In this document: one piece after another, positions 29,441 to 41,118 of the stretch
How the letters are laid out: every line of letters starts with the position of its first letter
How positions within the stretch are numbered: position 1 is the first letter of the stretch
NCBI GenBank assembly: GCA_963795265.1
Contig: CAWCHF010000014.1
Span: forward strand, 77,461 to 141,460
Direction of reading: 5' to 3'
Origin: an uncultured Actinomycetota bacterium
GTDB taxonomy: Bacteria > Actinomycetota > Actinomycetes > Streptosporangiales > Streptosporangiaceae
Length of the DNA stretch: 64,000 bases
Notes under the pieces: generated by a model
Told to the model about the DNA's origin: nothing
Database searches by the model: none
Seen by the model: the letters and a program-made list of their open reading frames with translations, nothing else
Made by a program: the position numbers and the translations under genes

Positions 29441-30340
29441 ATGTCCGATGATTCGGTGGTGAGGATACGGCACGTGGCGAGTGTTGCCGGGACCTTGATG
29501 ATGATCGCGTCGCTGGCTGCATGCGGCTCGAGTTCGCCTGCTGCGGCACCGGTCCGGTCGATGGTTCCTGCGGTGGCGTCGGGAACGGTCGGTGCGCCGC
29601 CTACGCGAAGCCCGGCACCGCCGTTGCCGGCGCAGTCTTCAACCGCTGCCGCCATCCCATCTCACAGCACGGGCTCATCGCCGTCGGCGCATCCCGCGGT
29701 CAGCGGTCGCCTGGGGGGAGTGGACTGGACCTCGATCCCGACGTCCCGGCACGTGGTTGCACTCACCTTTGACGCCGGCGCCAACGCCGATGGCGTCGCC
29801 TCGATCCTGGCCACATTGCACCGTCAGCAGGTTCGGGCGACCTTCTTCCTGACCGGCAACTTCGTGCGGGACTTTCCGTCCGCAGCGCGGGCGATCGCCA
29901 CGGCTGGTGAGCGGATCGGCGATCACACGGTCAGCCACCCGTATCTCACCCGCCTGAGCGACGCGGCAGTCCGGCAGCAGATCCTCGGCGCAGCTCAGCA
30001 GATCATCGCGGTGACCGGCCAGAACCCCGCGCCGCTGTTCCGGTTCCCGTACGGCGACGCCGACGTGCGGACTATCGCCATCGCCAACAAGGCCGGCTAC
30101 GTGCCGGTCCGCTGGACCGTCGACACCCTCGGCTGGGAAGGAACTGCCGGGCATATCAGCACCGCGGTCGTGGCCGCGAGAGTGCTGGCCGGGCTGCGTG
30201 CCGGCGAGATCGTACTCATGCACGTCGGCTCGAACCCAGACGATCACACCACGTTCGATGCCGACGCCCTCGCTCAGGTGATCAGCGAGCTGCGGGCCCG
30301 CGGCTACTCGTTCGTCACCCTCGATGCCCTGACCGGCTGA
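29441..30340 (+). CDS. polysaccharide deacetylase (NodB homology) lipoprotein
   Basis: Lipobox LMMIASLAAC|GSS. NodB motifs ALTFDAG and HTVSHPYL, plus LFRFPYG. Confidence 0.8.
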   Translation: MSDDSVVRIRHVASVAGTLMMIASLAACGSSSPAAAPVRSMVPAVASGTVGAPPTRSPAPPLPAQSSTAAAIPSHSTGSSPSAHPAVSGRLGGVDWTSIPTSRHVVALTFDAGANADGVASILATLHRQQVRATFFLTGNFVRDFPSAARAIATAGERIGDHTVSHPYLTRLSDAAVRQQILGAAQQIIAVTGQNPAPLFRFPYGDADVRTIAIANKAGYVPVRWTVDTLGWEGTAGHISTAVVAARVLAGLRAGEIVLMHVGSNPDDHTTFDADALAQVISELRARGYSFVTLDALTG

Positions 30341-30425
30341 ATGTTCCCGTACGCCTGGCCGGGGGAATGCCGCTGACCACTAGGTAGCAAGGGACCGGTC
30401 ACGGTGCCCGCAGGGAGGTAACCAC

Positions 30426-30749
30426 ATGCCATGGTTCCTGATCGTAGTCGCCGGGCTGTTCGAAACTGGCTTCGCGATCCTGCTAAAGCAGAGTCATAAC
30501 TTCACCCGGCTGTGGCCGACCGCCGGCTTCGCAGCGTGCGCGCTGATCAGCTTCGCGCTGCTGAACCTTGCGCTGAGCCGGCTGGAGGTCGGTCCGGCTT
30601 ACGCAGTGTGGACCGGGATCGGCGCTGCTGGGACAGCCCTGGTCGGCATCATCGCGCTGGGGGAGTCGAGCTCGGTCCTCAAGCTCACGTCGATCGGCCT
30701 GATACTGGCCGGGGTGGTCGGGCTGAACCTGTCGGGAGTCACTCCCTGA
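30426..30749 (+). CDS. sugE: SMR-family efflux protein SugE (quaternary ammonium / guanidinium exporter type)
   Basis: 107 aa with 4 TM segments. MPWFLIVVAGLFETGFAILLK...AYAVWTGIGAAGTALVGI. Confidence 0.8.
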   Translation: MPWFLIVVAGLFETGFAILLKQSHNFTRLWPTAGFAACALISFALLNLALSRLEVGPAYAVWTGIGAAGTALVGIIALGESSSVLKLTSIGLILAGVVGLNLSGVTP

Positions 30750-30765
30750 TCGGCGCCGACAACCA

Positions 30766-31490
30766 TCAGCCGCTCGAGATGTCTGGCGAGTGAGCCGATG
30801 CCGTACGTCACGGCCATCGCGAGCAGCCCGCCGGCGACGTTGCGGAAGATAGCCGGGCCGCGGGGTGCCTTGCCCAGCGCGGCGCCGGCCGCGCCGGCCG
30901 CGGCCAGTGCGGCGAGCACGGCTGCTGCGGTGACGGCGACCCGGGCGGCTGCTGGTGCCAAGGGTGATGGCCAGCAGCGGGAGGATCGCGCCGACTGTGA
31001 AGGACAGGAAACTGGCCGCGGCGGCATGCCACGGGCTGGCAATCTGCTGCGGGTCGATGCCCAGCTCTGCCCCGGTGCGCCGCGAACGCGTCATGAAGCC
31101 GTCAGCTGCCGGGCGTACTTCCCTGGCCAGGCCCGGGCCAGGCCCTTGGCCTGGTACAGGCCGGCCAGCTCGGCCAGCTCGGCGGCGCCGGACTCGGCGA
31201 GCTCGCGCCGCTCGAGGCGGAGCATGGCGCGCTCGGAGTCGCGCTGGCTGCTGACCGACACGTACTCGCCCGAGGCCATGGCCAGCGCCCCGGCGAACAG
31301 CCCAGCCAGTCCGGCGGTGAGGATGGCGGTCGCCGATGGGGTCGCCCCGGCCACTCCGACCACTAGGCCCGCGGTGGACACGACCCCGTCGTTGGCGCCC
31401 AGCACGGCGGCGCGAGCCAGTTGAGCCGTACCGCCAGGCCGCCGCGGTGCGCCTCGTCATGACGGGCGGGTGGGCCTGCAACGGGCTGCA
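30766..31490 (-). pseudogene. VIT1/CCC1 family iron/manganese transporter, at least 3 frameshifts as sequenced
   Basis: LGANDGVVSTAGLVVGVAGA...AMASGEYVSVSSQRDSE (ORF 31091..31405). ELGIDPQQIASPWHAAAASFLSFTVGAILPLL is in another frame. ...GGLLAMAVTYGIG is in a third. Ends are approximate. Confidence 0.6.
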
Positions 31491-31495
31491 CGTGC

Positions 31496-32415
31496 TCACC
31501 CGGCCGTCATGAGCTGGGTGGCGATCGCGTAGGCGGTGCTGATCGGGATGGCGAAGCCGACGCCGATGCTGCCGGACTGCTGGCCGACGTAGCCGCCGCC
31601 AAGAGAGGCGATCGCGGTGGTGATGCCGATCACGCGGCCTTTGTCATCGACGAGCGCGCCGCCGGAGTTGCCGGGGTTGATCGCGGTGTCGGTCTGGATG
31701 ACGTCTTTGAGCTGTTCCGCGGTCCCGGCTGTTTGTCCCGGCTGGCCGCCGTACGGCGAGCCGTGGCGGCCGGCGCTGATGGTGCGGTGCAGCGCGGAGA
31801 CGATCCCGGCAGGTGACCGTCCCCGACAGGCCAAGCGGGCTGCCGATCGCGACGACCGTGTCCCCGATGCGCAGTGCGGATGACGTGCCGATGCGTGCGG
31901 GCGTGGCCCCGGATCACGCCGACAGCACGGATCACGGCTAGGTCGGCGGCCGGATCCTGGCCGATGATGGCGGCGGCGACGGAACGACCGGTCGCGAAGA
32001 TAACCCTGATCGCGCCTGTCCCGCCCGCTGCGGCCTCGATCACGTGGTTGTTCGTCACGATCGTCCCGTCCGAGCGCAGGATCACGCCGGATCCCTCGCC
32101 GGTACCGCTGGAGGTGGTCACGACGATCGTGACCACGCTGGGCAATGCGATGGCGGCCGCCCTGACCAGCTGGCCCTGCGAGATCGCAGCAGCAGCGGCC
32201 GCAGCCTGCCCGGACGGGGCCGCCGACGAGGTCGCCGTCGTCTTGCCCGCGAAATGCAGTGCGATCGCAGCGCCTGCACTGCCACCTGCTGTCGCCAGGG
32301 CCGTGGCCGCGACGAGGGCGAGCAGGTACCTGGCTGGTTTCGAAGGGCGCCGGGCGTGGCGAGTGGCAGCCGCCTGGTTGTCGGCTGTTCGCTGGCTATG
32401 CGGCTGGCGCACCAC
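31496..32415 (-). pseudogene. trypsin-like serine protease (S1C / HtrA-like, no PDZ seen), two frameshifts
   Basis: N-terminal TM, then GSGVILRSDGTIVTNNHVIE (His) and DLAVIR (Asp). C-terminal ORF 31496..31834 has TDTAINPGNSGGALVD (Ser). Confidence 0.7.
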
Positions 32416-32693
32416 GGCCCCGGCGGGCCGCGTGCGCGCCGTCCGGGTCTGCCGTGCGCGCCTGGTGCTCTTCTAGCTGAGCCATCCCTGCGCCTTTCGC
32501 CGGGCGCCCCGCTCGGGAACACGGGCGCGTGCTCGCCAGAGTCGCCGGCGCTGCCGCCCCTGTGGCAGGGGCGAACGTCCGAGCGATGCAGGACCACGGC
32601 ATCAGCGTCACGGCGACTGTCTGGGCCGAAGGACCCGGCGGTGGCGGGCGTTCGGCCCTGGGGTCGTCGGGCGACAGCCAGGAGAGTGGGTAG

Positions 32694-35071
32694 ATGCCCA
32701 GATTCTTGCGTTGGCGAGCCTCGGCTGCGTGGATGCGCCGGCATGGGCCGGCTGGCGTGCTTGCGGTGACGGTGGCCGGGCTGGCGGTCGGCGGCGGCCT
32801 GCACCTGGCCGGTGATCCTGGCGCTGGCGACGTCGCCTGGCTGGCGGTGAGTGCCTGCGGGCTGTTGTACGCGGCGTGGGCGATGGCCGATAGCCTGCGC
32901 AGGCGCCGCGCCGGGGTGGATGTGATCGCGCTGCTGGCGCTGGCGGGTGCTGTCGCGGTGGGTGAGCTGCTGGCGGCCGCGGTGATCACGGTGATGCTGG
33001 CCAGCGGGCGGGCGCTGGAGAGCTGGGCTGCGGGCCGGGCGCGCCGTGACCTGACCGGGCTGCTGCGGCGCGTGCCGAGGACGGCCCGGCGTTACCGCGA
33101 CGGCGAGCTGGAGACGGTGCCGCTTGCCGACATTGTCCCCGGCGACGTGGTGCTGGTCGCGCACGGCGACCTGGTGCCCGGTGGACGGCACGGTGACGGG
33201 CGGCAGCGCGGTCCTGGACGAGTCGGCTCTGACGGGCGAGCCGGTCCCGGTCGAGCGACCCGACGGAGACGCGGTCCGCAGCGGCGTGGTGAACGCGGGC
33301 GGCCCGTTCGACCTGGTCGCGACCGCGAAGGCGGATGAGAGCACCTATGCGGGGATCGTGCGGCTGGTTTCGGAGGCGGAGGAATCGCAGGCGCCGTTCG
33401 TGCGCCTGGCCGACCGCTACGCGGTGTGGTTCCTGCTGGTGACCCTGGCAGCGGCCGGGATCGCGTGGGTGGCCGCGGGCGCGGACCGGGCCGTGGCCGT
33501 CCTGGTGGTGGCGACTCCGTGCCCGCTGATCCTGGCCGCGCCGGTCGCGCTGGTCTCGGGGATGTCAGTCGCGGCCCGGCGCGGCGTGGTGGTGAAGGGC
33601 GGCGGGGTGCTGGAGCAGCTGGCCAGGTGCACGACGCTGCTGCTGGACAAGACCGGGACGCTGACCAGCGGCCACCCCGCGGTCGCGGCGACGGTGGCGG
33701 CCGGCGGCTGGCCGGCGGCGACGTGCTGCGGCTGGCGGCGTCGGTGGATCAGGTGTCCGGTCACGTCCTGGCTGGGGCGGTCCTGACCGCGGCGAGGCAG
33801 CAGGGCTGCGTCCTGAGCCTGCCGCGAGCGACGCGGAGGAGGTTGCAGGTCAGGGGATCCGCGGCGTGGTGGACGGCCATCTGGTGACGGTCGGCAAGGC
33901 CGCGTGGTGCGGGATCGGCGGGACCGCCGGGACGCCCCGGTGGGTGAAGGCCGCGCGGCGCCGTGCGCGGCTGGACGGGGCGCTGACGGTGTTCATCGGC
34001 GTCGACGGCGAGCCGGCCGGGGTCCTGGTCCTCGACGACCCGGTACGGGCAGACGCCGCCAGGACTGTCCGCGCGCTGCGGGCCGGCGGCATCGACCGCA
34101 TCATCATGGTGACCGGGGACCGCGCCGAGGTCGCCGAGACAGTCGGCGCCATCATCGGCGTCGATGGCGTGCTCGCGGAGCGGACCCCCGGCGAGAAGCT
34201 GGACGCCGTCCGCGCCGAGCAGGTCCGCGGGCCGGTCGTCATGGTCGGCGACGGCATCAACGACGCTCCCGCTCTGGCCCTGGCCGATGTCGGCGTCGCC
34301 ATGGGCGCGCGAGGCGCCACCGCCTCCTCGCAGGCAGCCGACGCCGTGCTCACCGTCGACCGCATCGACCGGCTCGGCGAGGTCATGACCGTGGCCCGCA
34401 GGACGCGGCGGATCGCCCTGCAGAGCGTGCTCGCCGGGATGGCCATGTCCCTGATCGCGATGGGCGCCGCTGCCGCGGGCCTGCTGCCCGCCGTCTGGGG
34501 CGCGCTGCTGCAGGAGGGCATCGACGTGGCCGTCATCCTCAATGCCCTGCGCGCGCTGCGGCCAGGCGGGCAGGCCAGCCATCTCGAGCCCGCCGACGCC
34601 GCGCTGACCCGCCGGTTCCGGGGCGAGCACGAGGTGATCCGGGCGGATATCGAAGAGCTCCGCGCGGTGGCCGATTCCCTCGGCTTCACCGCCCCCGGCG
34701 AGGCGATGGCCAGCGTCCGGCACGCGCACCAGATGCTGGCGGACCAGATCGTGCCGCACGAGCAGGCCGAAGAACGGGAGCTGTACCCGGCGCTCGCCCG
34801 CATGCTCGGCTCGGCGGAGGCGACCGCCACCATGAGCCGCGGCCACGCCGAGATCACCCGCCAGGCCAGGCGGCTCGGCCAGCTCATCGACGACATCGGC
34901 GCCGGCCCGCCCGACGACGCCGACATCGCCGACCTGCGCGCCCTGCTGTACGGGCTGCACGCGGTCCTGCGGCTGCATACCGCCCAGGAAGACGAGAACT
35001 ACCTGTCCCTGGCCGGCGACACCCACGACGGCGAGCCGCGGGCCGAGGCACTGGCAGGCCGGACTGGCTGA
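32694..35071 (+). pseudogene. P1B-type heavy-metal ATPase with TPCP TM motif and C-terminal hemerythrin-like domain (P1B-5-like), at least 3 frameshifts as sequenced
   Basis: LDESALTGEPVPV, VVATPCPLILAAP, LLLDKTGTLT, MVGDGINDAPALA. C-terminal ~150 aa has HEVIRADIEEL...HEQAEERELYP...HAEI...HTAQEDENYL His/Glu pattern. Spans ORFs 32694..33338, 33124..33786 and 33866..35071. Confidence 0.75.
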
Positions 35072-37479
35072 CTACTCGGGTGGCCGCTCTTCGCCTCCGC
35101 GGCCGCGCGGCCGCAGAAACAGCCAGACAGCTGTCAGCGCGGCAGCGCCGGCCGCCGCGATGAGCCAGCGCGGTGCCGAGATAGCCGTGCGGCAGGTCCA
35201 GCTCGTAGAAGCGGCGCACTACAGCCAGGGGGAACAGCAGCGCGAACCCGGCGATCATCGCTGCTACCAGCAGGACTCGGCGCCAGGTCAGCGGGATCGC
35301 CAGCAGGACCAGCACGCACAGGCTGAGCGCCAGGGTCACCAGAGCCGCAGCAGTACGCTGCTGCACCAGCGGCAGGCCATGCGCCGCGCGCTAGCGCATA
35401 TGCCGCGAATGTCGCCGCGGCGATGATCACGCCGGCCGGGATGGCAAAGCGCAGTACCCGGCCGACGAAGCCAGGCAGGTACCGTCGCCGGTTGGGAGCG
35501 AGCGCCAGGAAGTAGGACGGGATCCCGATGGCGAGCGTGTCGATGATCGTCAGGTGGCGCGGCAGGAACGGGTACGGCAGCAGCGTGATTCCCACCGCCA
35601 CCGCGAGCAGCGTCGCCCACACCGTCTTGGTGAGGAAGAGGTTGGCAACCCGCTCGATGTTGGCGGTGACCCGCCTGCCTTCGCCAACCACGCCGGGCAG
35701 GGTGGCGAAGCTCCCGTCGAGCAGCACCAGCTCGGCGACCGCCCTGGTGGCCGGGGCGCCGGAGCCCATCGCGATGCCGATGTCGGCGAGCTTGAGCGCG
35801 AGCACATCATTGACCCCATCGCCGGTCATCGCGACCGTGTGGCCGCGCGCCTGCAGCGCCCTGACCATCGCCTGCTTCTGATGCGGGACGACCCGGCCGA
35901 ACACCGAGTGCTCCTCCAGCATCCGGCCGAGCTCGCCCGGCTCATCGGGCAGGCCCTGGGCGTCCACCGGGTCGCCCGCACTCGGCAGGCCCGCGCGTGC
36001 AGCGACCGCGCTGACCGTCTGCGGGCTGTCACCCGAGATGACCTTGAGCGCGACGCCCTGCGCGGCGAAATACCCGATGGCTTCCGCGGCGTCTGGCCGC
36101 AGCCGCTCGGTCAGCAGGACGAAGGCAGCCGGGCGAAGGCCCGGCGGCAGCGACTCGCTGCCATCCAGGCTGTCCGCGCGGCCCAGTAGCAGGACCCGCA
36201 GTCCGGTCGAGGCCAGCTCCGCCGCCTGCGCCAGCAGCGCGCGGTCGTCCGGCCGGCAGCATCATCTCCGGTGCTCCGAGCACCCACGCGCCGTGCCCTG
36301 CGTAAGCTCACCGCGCTCCACTTGCGCGCTGACGAGAACGGCACCGCCGCCTCGGGCACCCAGCCGTTGCTCGGCGCCGGGAATGCCTGCCCGATCGCGG
36401 TCAGCGTCGCGTTGCGGTTCTCGTCCGCGCCGAGCGCGCCGAGCGCCGCCTCGACCGGCGCCTGCGTCGTCGAGGCGGATAAGCCTGTCGAATGCGATCG
36501 TTCCGTCGGTGAGAGTCCCGGTCTTGTCGAAGCACACCACATCGACCCTGGCCAGGCCCTCGACAGCGGGCAGCTGCTGTACCAGCACCCGGCGGCGGCG
36601 TCAGGACGACGGCCGCCACGCCGAAAGCGACGCTGGTCAGCAGCACCAGGCCCTGCGGCACCATGCCCACCAGCGCCGCGACCGTCCCGGTCAGCGTCGC
36701 CCGCCAGGTGGCGCCTCCGTGCCGCTGGCTGACCAGCAGCAGGACGGCGACCGGCACGATCGCCCAGGTCACGTACCGCAGGATCCGGTTGATGCCGTCC
36801 ATCAGCTCCGACCGCACCAGGGTGAACCGCTTCGCTTCGGCGGCGAGCTTGCGGGCGTACGACTCGGCGCCCACGCCCGTGGCCTGGTAGCCGCCGGATC
36901 CGGCCACCACAAAGCTGCCGGACAGCAGCTCGTCGCCCGGCCGCTTGTCTGACCGGCTCAGACTCGCCGGTCAGCAGCGACTCATCAGCCTGCAGGCCCA
37001 TGCCCGTCCGCACGACGCCATCCGCCACGAGCTGATCGCCCGGGCGCAGCTGGACCAGGTCGCCGGGCACTAGGTCCGCGACCCGGACGTCGCTAGGCGT
37101 CCCGTCGCGGACGACCCGGACCGTAGGTGCGGTGAGAACAGCGAGCCGGTCCAGCGTCCGCTTCGCGCGCAGCTCCTGCCCGATGCCGATCGCCGCGTTG
37201 GCGACCAGAATGATGCCGAACACGGCATCCTGCGGCTCGCCCGCAGCCAGGATCACGGCCAGCAGCACACCCAGGATGAAGTTGAACCGGGTCACGATGT
37301 TCGCCCGCAAGATCTCGCCAACCGAGCGGCTGGTCGCGCTCGGCAGTGGCATTCGCTCGCCCCTGCCTGCGCCGCTGCGCTACCTCGATGCTGCTCAGCC
37401 CCGCGGCCGGCGTCACATCGGCAAGCGCCGCGGTCGCCGACGGCGATGCCGCAGCGTTCGCCCTGGCAGGCAGGCTCAT
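35072..37479 (-). pseudogene. cation-translocating P-type ATPase (HAD-IC, P2-like), at least 6 frameshifts as sequenced
   Basis: [45 protein letters not shown]. Pieces lie in ORFs 36111..37352, 36401..36910, 36262..36588, 35134..35967 and 34884..35366. Alternative-frame tail ...WLIAAAGAAALTAVWLFLRPRG...PE* ends at 35072, abutting the convergent ATPase stop. Confidence 0.7.
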
Positions 37480-37652
37480 GCCGGGCGCCGGGCCGGCGGC
37501 CGCGGCCCGGCGCACAGGTCCCACGATCAGAGCCGCCGACACCGCGGCCAGCACGACGCCCGCCACCAGCATCCCCATCGCCAGCTGGAGCAGGAACGAG
37601 GCGGAGAAGCCGACACGCGCCCGCACGGTCAGTCCCGCCGAACCATCGGCAT

Positions 37653-38000
37653 TCATGGCCGCCACGGTCCAGGTCCAGGTAGCCAGCGGCCATCGCAGGA
37701 GAGCTGAGCGGTCCAGATGCCGGCCGTGGTGGGCTGCTTCGGTACCGCGGTGCCCGAGTGGGTGATGACGCTGCCGGACCAGCCTCTGATCGTCGCGTAC
37801 CCGGTACCCGAGAGCAATCGGCAGATCTTGTCCGGCGGAGCTAGTCCCAGGAACACCGGCGTGGACGGCCGGGTCGGCGTAACCCGGATCTGGGCGCGCC
37901 CGATCTTCGGCTCAGGGATCTTCCAGCCGCCATGAAGCATGATCAGCCCGCTGGCCAGCGCATTTCCGCTGGTGGAGAACACGGCTGTCCTCGTCATCAC
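37653..38000 (-). CDS. hypothetical protein fragment, probably part of a longer frame-disrupted membrane-anchored gene (~37480-38240)
   Basis: ORF 37653..38000. A TM-like VIALLMGSVLALLSLGW lies upstream in another frame and LLQLAMGMLVAGVVLAAVSAALIV downstream in another. No family recognised. Confidence 0.3.
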   Translation of the reverse strand: MMTRTAVFSTSGNALASGLIMLHGGWKIPEPKIGRAQIRVTPTRPSTPVFLGLAPPDKICRLLSGTGYATIRGWSGSVITHSGTAVPKQPTTAGIWTAQLSCDGRWLPGPGPWRP

Positions 38001-38449
38001 GTAACCGCCCTGCCGCTGCGTCTGGTCAGCCCAGACCAGGGTGCCACCGCCGGCGACCAGCCGAGCGAGAGCAGTGCCAGTACCGAGCCCATCAGCAATG
38101 CAATCACGCGGCCTGCTGTCCAGGTTGCCTGGCGGCCGGGCTCGCCCAGCCAGGCTGCGGAGACCTGGTCGCGGTATCAGCCGGGGACGAGCCGGCCCAC
38201 GGACCCAGGAGGGTCAGGGATCCTGGATAAACCATGATCACCACCCCGCGTCCCAGTGCGCGTCCGGCAGTCCGGACGGCCAGAACGCTACGCACACGTG
38301 CGAGTCCGCAACAGGGCGTCGGCGCGTCCAGTTGTTCCCAGCAAGGAATTCAGCGAGCTCACGGCGCATCTTGGCGGCGCTGGCACCGTTACCTGGAGAA
38401 CCGACCGCCAGCAATCGCCGAACGTGCTACTCAGCGCTCGTGCAACCTT

Positions 38450-38936
38450 TCACCGGCGGATGACGAGCACCGGGCGGTGCGCGTGCACGATGACGGCAGA
38501 CGACACGCTGCCCAGGAGCACTGACTGGACGCGCGACAGGCCACGGGCACCGACCACGATCGCCTCGGCGTCAAGCTTCTCAGCCTCGTCGCAGATCGCA
38601 CGCCAGCTCTTGCCCCTCGCGACACTGCCCCGAGCCGCGAAGCCGGCCGTGCGCGCGAGCCCTACCCCCCGGGTCTGATGTCTCGCTGGCGACCTGGCTC
38701 ACGATCTCATCGAGGCCGAGTTCCCTCGAAACTAGCTTTGACACGACGGCGGACAGAATCGTGGCTGGATCATATGGCTCCCACAGCGCCACTGGCTCCC
38801 ATACGGTGAGCACCACTGCAGTGCGCGGTCCCAGCAGCTCGCCCGCCTTCGCGATGGCGGCAGCAGCGTCGTCCGACCCGTCGAAGCACAGGAGCACCGG
38901 GCGCGCGTCTTTCGCTCGGCTCGCGTCCTCGGTCAT
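38450..38936 (-). pseudogene. universal stress protein, frameshifted
   Basis: MTEDASRAKDARPVLLCFDGSDDAAAAI...AVVLTVWEP (ORF 38580..38966). C-terminal ...IVVGARGLSRVQSVLLGSVSSAVIVHAHRPVLVIRR* is readable only by frame switching. Confidence 0.6.
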
Positions 38937-39437
38937 CGCTTCATCATCCCGTATCGCTTCCCGCATACGAACCCGATGCGTCTAAGGCGCGACTGCGGAA
39001 AACGCCGCGGCGTCAGCCACCGCCTAGCCGGACCGCCTTGACGATCAGCAACAGCACCGACACGACCAGGTAGCCGCGCAGTACCACCATCGCCAGCCGG
39101 GTCTCCGGCCACCAGAGCACCGGCGTGAGCAGGGCAAGCGGCGGGATCCGCCAGGTGGCACGCTCCTCCAGCGCGATCCGCGCGACGGGAGCGGCGGGGG
39201 CGCTCCGGGCGTGGCGGATCCGCAGCCACCCGCCGGCCGCCCGATCCCGCGCTGACCAGCACCGTCATTCCTAGGCATTCCCAGGGTCGCCGTCGTGGCC
39301 TGCACGTGCAGCAGCGCTATGGTGCGCTGGACGTGGGGCCGGCCCCTATGGTGCGCTGGGGTCATTCACTTGGGCGCAGCACGAGAACCGCTGGGCGCCG
39401 GTGAACCGCAGCAACATGCGTTCCGGGAATGGTGCCC

Positions 39438-40263
39438 TCAGCCTGGCGGGCTAGGAACTTGCGTCAAGTGGCTTGCGACGCCGCCCGGAACGGGTTCTGC
39501 GCTGTGCTGCGTGCCGTCCGGACCGTAGCCAGGCCGTCCTGACTGCCATCGGCCGGGACAGAGCGGATGCGGCTCCCCTGTGAGCGCCATGAGCGCTGCG
39601 GCCACCTCGTGCACGCCCCGGACATAAGTGGCCGTGGCGCTCGCGTCCCTGGCGTGGTCAGAATGCCCGGCGTACGCCTGCGCGACGGCGAAGCCGAAGC
39701 TGCGCTCGACCCAGGTCAACGTGGTGTGCCGGAGCCAGTCAGTGCTGATCTGCTGTGCGGCCGCCCAGGGCAGATGCCGTCCCACGCGCTGCCACAGGTA
39801 GTCATACCGCCGCGCGGTGATCGGCGTGCCGTCGGCGTAGCGAAGCAGCCGTTCAGTGGCATCCGGCCCGCCCCTGGTGTCGCAGTGGGCGAGCAGGTGG
39901 GGCATGAGGGTAGGGGAGACCGGCTGCCAGCGACGGCGAACCGGTAGGCGCATCGCAGCGCGGCGATCAGGTGCCCGGCTGCGCTGCGGCCGCGAGCAGG
40001 ACGTTGTCTCCTGCGGTGATGACGCACCTGTGGCGCGCACTGGCGGGGATGACGATGTAGGGCACGCGCGGAGCCTTGAGCATGCCGTCCGGAGATTGCC
40101 GCAAGATGATCGCCGAGGCGGTCACGCTCACGTCGAGGCGATGCCGGGGATTCCAGCCCAGAGCCAGCGAGATCTCACGGTGCGCGACTCGCCCGGATGT
40201 GTCCACCCGCGCGATGCCGTACAGCATCGAGCCGTCGCGCGGCAGCTGCGGCAGCGTGGTCAT
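39438..40263 (-). pseudogene. tyrosine integrase remnant with internal deletions (AbrB/SpoVT-like N-domain joined to catalytic C-terminus)
   Basis: MTTLPQLPRDGSMLYGIARVDTSGRVAHREISLALGW...IVIPASARHRCVITAGDNVLL. Then ...HLIAALRCAYRFAV jumps to RWQPVSPTLM...WLRHTTLTWVERSFGFAVAQAYAGHSD...TYVR. Three frames are used. Confidence 0.6.
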
Positions 40264-40330
40264 CGGCAGCGGAATGGTGCGCTGTGCCGGAATGGGCGTG
40301 ACCTCGGCAGGGATAGCGCGGCTACTAGCT

Positions 40331-40359
40331 AGTGTAAGCTGATGAATTACAACTGGCAA
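40331..40359 (-). promoter_or_regulatory. sigma-70/HrdB-like promoter element, copy 2 (TTGCCA-N17-TACACT on the minus strand), upstream of the integrase remnant
   Basis: -35 at 40354-40359, -10 at 40331-40336, 17-nt spacer. About 65 nt upstream of ATG 40263. Confidence 0.45.
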
Positions 40360-40476
40360 CCGTGATGGCAGCAGTGCGCAGCAGGCCGACATGGACTGTC
40401 AGCAGCTAGCCGGACGTTCTCGAGTCACTCGCGCTGGGACACTGGAGCGGTGCCTGACGCGGCGAGAACCCAGTCG

Positions 40477-40923
40477 TCAGTCGGTGTCGTCGGACGTGGC
40501 GCCGACGGGCGGCAGGCCCGCGAGCGTCCGGGCGCTGTCGGTCATTTCCTGGATGGCGCGCAGGGCGGCCGGCGGTAGCCCGTGGGCGCGCAAGGTGATG
40601 TCGCGGACGGCGTCGTCGGACAAGGCGAGCCTGGTGGCGGGGTCGAGCGGCTCGTCGCCGGGAGCGTCGAAGAAGTAGGCAGGGGACACGCCGAAGAATG
40701 CCGCGAGCGCTGCTACCTGGGTGATGTTCGGGTTGGTCTTCTTGCCCTGGCGGAGCTGCCACAGGTACCCGTGGGAAATGACCTGCTCGCCTGCGGCTTC
40801 GTTGATCTCGTTAGCGACCTGGCGTATGGAGTAGGGCTTGGGCCTGCCCGGGTGGACGGTCTGGAACAGCTGCTCCAGACGCTCGGCGAGCGTTCCCGGC
40901 GCGGTGGCGGGGTCAGCGGTCAC
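40477..40923 (-). CDS. XRE-family HTH regulator (EspR-like)
   Basis: GTG at 40923 with GGAGA RBS. LAERLEQLFQTVHPGRPKPYSIRQVANEINEAAGEQVISHGYLWQLRQGKKTNPNITQVAALAAFFGVSPAYFFD. Confidence 0.75.
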   Translation of the reverse strand: MTADPATAPGTLAERLEQLFQTVHPGRPKPYSIRQVANEINEAAGEQVISHGYLWQLRQGKKTNPNITQVAALAAFFGVSPAYFFDAPGDEPLDPATRLALSDDAVRDITLRAHGLPPAALRAIQEMTDSARTLAGLPPVGATSDDTD

Positions 40924-41118
40924 GCGGTCATCTCCGAGGTTCTCGCGGCGGCAAGCGCGTGTGGATGCGCCGTCGGTCGTGCTCGCTTTCTGCATACACC
41001 AGATTACACACGAGCGAATATTATCTACACTAGCTTCCACGAGTCCGGCGGGTAGGCGCTCCGCCGGGTAGCAGCGCGCCTTCGTGCCTGCACCTGGTGC
41101 GGGTACAGAAGCGAAGCC

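Noticed and set aside
39015-39268. Small membrane protein on the minus strand (...PLALLTPVLWWPETRLAMVVLRGYLVVSVLLLIVKAVRLGGG*).
   Set aside because: The hydrophobic frame has no start codon unless a frameshift from the ATG at 39268 is assumed. This is too speculative to list as a feature.
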